From: Octopus vulgaris | Lineage: Eukaryota | Direction: 5' to 3' | NCBI GenBank assembly: GCA_951406725.2 | Contig: OX597814.1 | Span: 176,390,001-176,454,000, forward strand | Length of the DNA stretch: 64,000 nucleotides | Shown here: one piece after another, positions 38,631 through 64,000 of the stretch | How positions within the stretch are numbered: the first letter of the stretch is position 1 | Layout: each line of letters starts with the position of its first letter | The notes under the pieces: generated by a model | What the model was told of the DNA's origin: nothing | Seen by the model: the letters and a program-made list of their open reading frames with translations, nothing else | Database searches by the model: none | Position numbers and translations under genes: made by a program

Positions 38631-39878
38631 GAGGGTGCAGATGGTATTTGAGGACAGATTTATGGTTTTTAAAAAAATGCTTATATAATAACAGAAAAAA
38701 CTGTCTTTTTATAGAAATAACAAAGCTAAATAATCAATTTAATAATTTCATTCAATAAAACCACCATAAGCATCAATAACTGCCTCTATGTGGGGTCGAA
38801 ATCATTTACAAGCTCGGATTAAGTGGTCCTTGTCCATACTGGACAGGCCTCTAACTATGGTGGCTTTCAAAGAATTTTGGTACTATGTGGGTGTTCATAG
38901 AGATTTTCCTCAACTGTGCTTCATACATGGTAGTCCAATGAATTGAGATCTGGAGAATTAGGAGGCCAAATGTTGGGGGTGATGTGATCATGCAAATTAT
39001 CAACCATCCATTCTTGTATCATTTGAGCCTTTGTGTAATGGTGCAGAATCTTGTTGAAAGACATAAGGAATTCCATTGCATACACTGTTGATCCAAAGCT
39101 TAACAACTTTATCCAGAACCTCAATATATACAGCAGTATTCATCCTAAAGCCTTGTTGAAAAAAGTGAGCAGGTATCACATGTCCTTCTTTGCTAACAAC
39201 ACCCAAAACCATGACACTTGCAGGAAATCTTGTGTGCATTACTTTTGGAACCTCAGAATGGTCTGCAGATAGCCATCTGTCATTTCTTCAGTTAGTTTTC
39301 TGGTCCTGGTCAAAGATTTTCTCATCTGAGGAAAACCAAATCACACCATCTTCTGATGGATTTTTAAGTTTGTTCAAAAGTCTTTTGGATCTGATTAAAC
39401 AGGTTTCTTTTTTTTTTTCTGAATTGACCTCTCCTCATCACGTAAGATTTGTATCTGATGTCTTCATGCACATCATTTCTGATAGTTTTTTTCTGACACA
39501 CAATTTGCAATTAACCTCATTGATTTTCCTGCATTGTCTTCAATATTTTACTTAACTTCCTGAATAAATTCAGGTGTCTTGATAGAATCAGAGCATTTGG
39601 AAGGTTTTGTACGTATTGATACAGGTAACATGCTTCCATCTTCTTTCTCTAACTCACACCAAATCTTGTGGACAGAAGATCCTGCAACTTTCAAAAAATG
39701 AAAAATTTCTAAGTCACCATGCTTAGCCTTCAAAGCCCCAATGACAGTATGCTTTTTTATTTCATTAGTAAGCATAGGGCCTGTCATAGTTATTTTCTGA
39801 AATAGAAGTTCAATAAAAGTTAGTCAACTAAAAAATGACTAAAAATACATGTCCTCAAGATACCGTGCACACCCTGTA
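38628..39878 (-). mobile_element. Full-length but inactive DD37D (maT) Tc1/mariner transposon
   Basis: Imperfect TIRs (cagggtgtgcacggtatcttgaggaca); frameshifted transposase with FSSDEKIF, SVMVLGVVS, FQQDSAP and WPPNSPDLNSLDY; 37 residues between 2nd and 3rd D after repairing one frameshift. Confidence 0.88.
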
Positions 39879-40891
39879 TATATATATATATATATAATAT
39901 ATATATATATGAATGAGTGATTTCCTAATTGCCATGTGTTCTATTTCTTGTCTTCCGTGTGGTCAATTTCCTGTTCATTTACAGTTAGACAGACTTGATT
40001 TTTAAGAGCTGGCCAGATTACAATATGATTAACAAGATACAAACTACCACCAAAGAGCCAAGGTTTTCGATATCCGATATAACCAGTGCAAGCTTTACAC
40101 TCAAACCAACTTCAATAAAAAATACAAAATCAAAAAAAAAAATACAAAATCAAAAAAAATACAAAATCAAAAAAAATACAAAATCAAAAAAAATGTCAAG
40201 TTTATTTATCAACTTTTAAGCAATTATCTGTTTCTTTGTTACGTCTTGCTTTGTTTTGTTTTGTTTTTTTTCTTTTTTTTTTTTCTTCATTTTTATAACC
40301 ATTCAATTAACTTCTATAAAATAATTACATGAATCAAGCAAGATTCTGGAAAGCAACCATTATTTAGTCCACAGCCAGTAACCATTCATAGCAGAAATAA
40401 CAGTTCTCTTCTAACAGCCTTCATCCTTTTGGCCATTTTTAGTTACATAGATCACATTTTGATATTTAGTCTTTTTTTTGGCTTTTCTATTTAGTAAAAT
40501 AGAAAATAGATATGATGTGACACTCAAGACTCAGACTTTCATCACATAATGCTTTTTCCTTTTTTTTTTTTAATTTTTATTTGCTACAAATCTGCATAAC
40601 CATTTAACACCTGTCAACTTACTCAGTCAGCATTTTCACTTTAAGTATATGCAAACAATATGGATGGGGTAGTTACATAATATACCCAGCATATCTATAT
40701 GTATGAATGTACACATACCCGCACATATATATATCTATATACACACACACATACATACATACATTCACACGTGCAGGTGTGTGTGTGTGTGGAAGAAGGG
40801 GGTGAATATTTGTGCATGTGTGTTTCATCTATGCGTATACATTCACGTATGTATAAGCCATTTAATTGCCCTATTCAATAGCAAAGCAGCA

Positions 40892-61216
<20,325 letters not shown>

Positions 61217-61983
61217 CTGCATATAATTAACAACAACAACATCAGTAGTTTATATTTCCATCTTTTTCCATGAATAAGATGGTCAAAAAATATTTCGGGG
61301 AATACTTTTTTTTTTGTTTTTTCTTTTGTATGCCTGTTCTTTGAATATTTAAAAGAATCTTTAAAAAAAAAAATTGACTGAAGGCACATCATAATTCAGG
61401 TTTAAATGAAGATCCAAATTAAGTTATTCCAAAAGGAACACCAATGACTTATTATTAGCATCTGTATGATGATGAGGATGACAACAATTATGAAGTGCTG
61501 CTGATTGCCTAACTGAAGACCATACAGCACATTCTAATAGACATTGGTTTAACTCTATATGATACAACATGACAGTTTGGACGTGCTCTCTTTTCAGTAT
61601 GTTTCTGTTGTTGTTGATGTTAAGCAACAAGACGGGTAAGGGTGATTAGGGCTTAGGGGCGGGAGACCTCAGAACTTGCAAAAAAAAAAAAAACTTTGGT
61701 CATCTTGTAATCGAGAGCTCTTCGTTGACGCCCGACACCACTGGGAGGTGGCCCTCGAAGTCACTGGAAATGGAGATCTCCAGGTCCAAATTCTTGAACG
61801 GCATACGTTTCTGTAGAGTCAGGTGGTAGCTACAGAGGAAACAAAATAGACTTGGCCTGAACATAACAGTTCATACTTGTCTGTACTTTATCACTGCTGC
61901 TATGCATCCCAGCACAGTGTTTAGACCTAATAATGCTATTGATGCTGGTGCATATATATTTTTTTATATATATATTTGTTTGA

Positions 61984-62404
61984 GGATATTTTCGGTTTGA
62001 ACGGCAGTTTTTAACATAATTTCTAGGTAACTAAAAAATTTTAAACTTCGTATACTGGTAGAATGTGTTTATAAAACATCTTTTTCTCTTGGCTTTATTG
62101 AGAAAATTCTATAGTTTGTAAGATATTTGGTCTTTAATTTCTTGCATTTCGGCAATTTCAACCAATCAATGACTGTCTATTGAGGTGAAAACATTCTGTG
62201 CCGTATGAATATGTCCCTCATTTAAGAAACAGATTGGGTTTATTTACATTTGTGAAGAAAAAAAAGATACCCTTCCTCCCACCCCAAACCAACCCTAACC
62301 TAAAACAGATTGAAATGCAATAGATCGATACTAGGGTCATAATTATGGGTGACAATTTCATATGACACCGCTAGAAAAAACTGCCGTTCAAACTGAAAAG
62401 ATCC
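61984..62404. mobile_element. Merlin-like MITE
   Basis: TIRs GGATATTTTCGGTTTGAACGGCAGTTTT / AAAACTGCCGTTCAAACTGAAAAGATCC; 8-bp TSD TTGTTTGA at 61976-61983 and 62405-62412; interior related to 49164-49860. Confidence 0.82.
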
Positions 62405-62984
62405 TTGTTTGAACCAGTCAGAAGATAAAGTGTTCCCAAAGTGCTGTACTGATGTTCTAGAGTATTGTAGTTACATCAAAGGAGGAAGGGATATGCATGC
62501 ATATAGTGGCAGGGTTTACAAGTGTTGGAAGTTATTGCCAAAACGAACTTTGTTCCCTGCATGTCTAGATAGTCTTTCACTTTTTTGTATATTTGCATAT
62601 GTAATCTGAGTGTGAACTGTTTGGAGCCTCTGATAACGTAGAGTGCACCATTTTGTGTTCTTTGTAATTTACTATGATTTATTAAGAAGATATTGAAGGT
62701 TGGGGAGGTCTGACACAATCTAGAATGATTCAAATGCACCATTTGCATTGGAGATTAGAGGCCTAATAGGACTGAAATAATTCATAAAGGATCAAATGCA
62801 CATTTTGTATTGGAGACTGGATGTCAAGTAGGACTGACACAGTCCATAATGGATCAATACTCTGTTTATATTGGTGTCTGGATGCCTAAAAGAACTGACA
62901 AAATCTATAATGGACTGAATGCATTGTTTATATTGGAGATTAGGTGAGACTGACAAAATCCATAATGAATCAGATGTAATGATT

Positions 62985-63379
62985 CTTTTATTCATTTCAG
63001 TCATTTGGCTGTGGCCATGCTGGAGCACTGCTTTTAGTCGAGCAAATCGACCCCAGGACTTATTCTTTGTAAGCCTAGTACTTATTCTATTGGACTCTTT
63101 TGCCGAACCACTAAGTTACAGGGACATAAACACACCAGCATCGGTTGTCAAGCGATGTTGGAGGAACAAACACAGGCACACACACACATATAAATATATA
63201 TATACACACATATATACGACGGGCTTCTTTCAGTTTCCATCTACCAAATCCACTCACAAGGTTTTGGTCGGCCTGAGGCTATAGTAGAAGACACTTGCCC
63301 AAGGTGCCACGTAGTGGGACTCAATCTGGAACCATGTGGTTCGTAAGCAAGCTACTTACCACACAGCCATTCCTACACC
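62985..63379 (-). mobile_element. SINE family C
   Basis: Reverse complement of the family C consensus. Confidence 0.85.
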
Positions 63380-64000
63380 TGATTGTGCATGAATGTTTGT
63401 TTGTTTGTTGGCCAAACATGATGCCAGTGGGTGCTCTGTATGGTTACGTACCATTTTGCTTGATTTACTAGGTCTTTTATACTGTGAGTTTTGTAGAATT
63501 GTTATTTATGATTTCTAGTATTTTTGCCTTTTGTGTATGCTATGCAATATTTTTATGTTGTTGAGTGTGATGCTTGCAATTCATTATTTTCTTTTCTTGC
63601 TGACAAGAAGCAAAAGATGGTGGATTTGGAAAAGGGTACTTAAAACATGTTGCTTCGGGGTGAGGTTTCTAGGTGGAGACATTGTGCAGCTTCCTGACTG
63701 AGATGTTATCTGCACATCATGGGTGTGTGCCTCTCTCTCTCTCTCTCTCTCTGCACGTGTATGTAACTGTAAATATGTATGTAAATTGCTATCAAATATC
63801 TATTTGTAATCTATCTTGACCTTCGAAACGCGGAGTAGATGAAACAGAGGTGACTGAAGAAGGGGAATTTTCCTTGTGTTGTATGTCCTGAACTCTATTT
63901 TTTTGTTGTTTAAGAGAAATGTCCATTTCCTTGGTTTTGTGTTTATGTTTTCGTTTCTCATTGTGTTCGACGTTTTTTTGGTGTCCTGTACCCATATATG

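Noticed and set aside
63805-63865. Permuted (type II) hammerhead from GAAAC..GTA..CTGAAGA; similar order at 58890-58940 minus
   Set aside because: Stem I and stem II do not pair convincingly
61217-64000. Upstream DEF8 coding exon(s)
   Set aside because: No segment with splice sites and DEF8-like translation found; probably beyond the window

Overview
AT-rich, repeat-dense eukaryotic DNA. The SINE families and microsatellite load look like an Octopus (coleoid cephalopod) genome; this is inferred from repeat recognition. One host gene is reconstructable: a DEF8 orthologue (C1 domain plus Rubicon-homology zinc domain) on the minus strand. Ten GT-AG exons between 61216 and 40892 splice in frame to 374 aa plus stop, and the 5' exon(s) were not found in the window. 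The rest is transposon-derived: mariner and DD37D/maT relics, Merlin-like, Tigger-like and palindromic MITEs, several R4/Dong-type LINE fragments beside (TAA)n, a Tx1/L1-type LINE inside (GATA)n, RTE and CR1 fragments, a solo LTR, four SINE-like families and long microsatellites. Most of the supplied ORFs are artefacts of those microsatellites. The most interesting signals are: (1) a solo LTR carrying a serial array of LTR-end plus tRNA-Trp PBS motifs; (2) a SINE whose 3' tail matches the 3' end of the Tx1-type LINE and which occurs as fixed-junction multimers inside single TSDs; (3) microsatellite-targeted LINEs; (4) a CpG-decay boundary near 35 kb suggesting gene-body methylation; (5) Penelope-type hammerhead-like motifs in inverted pairs.
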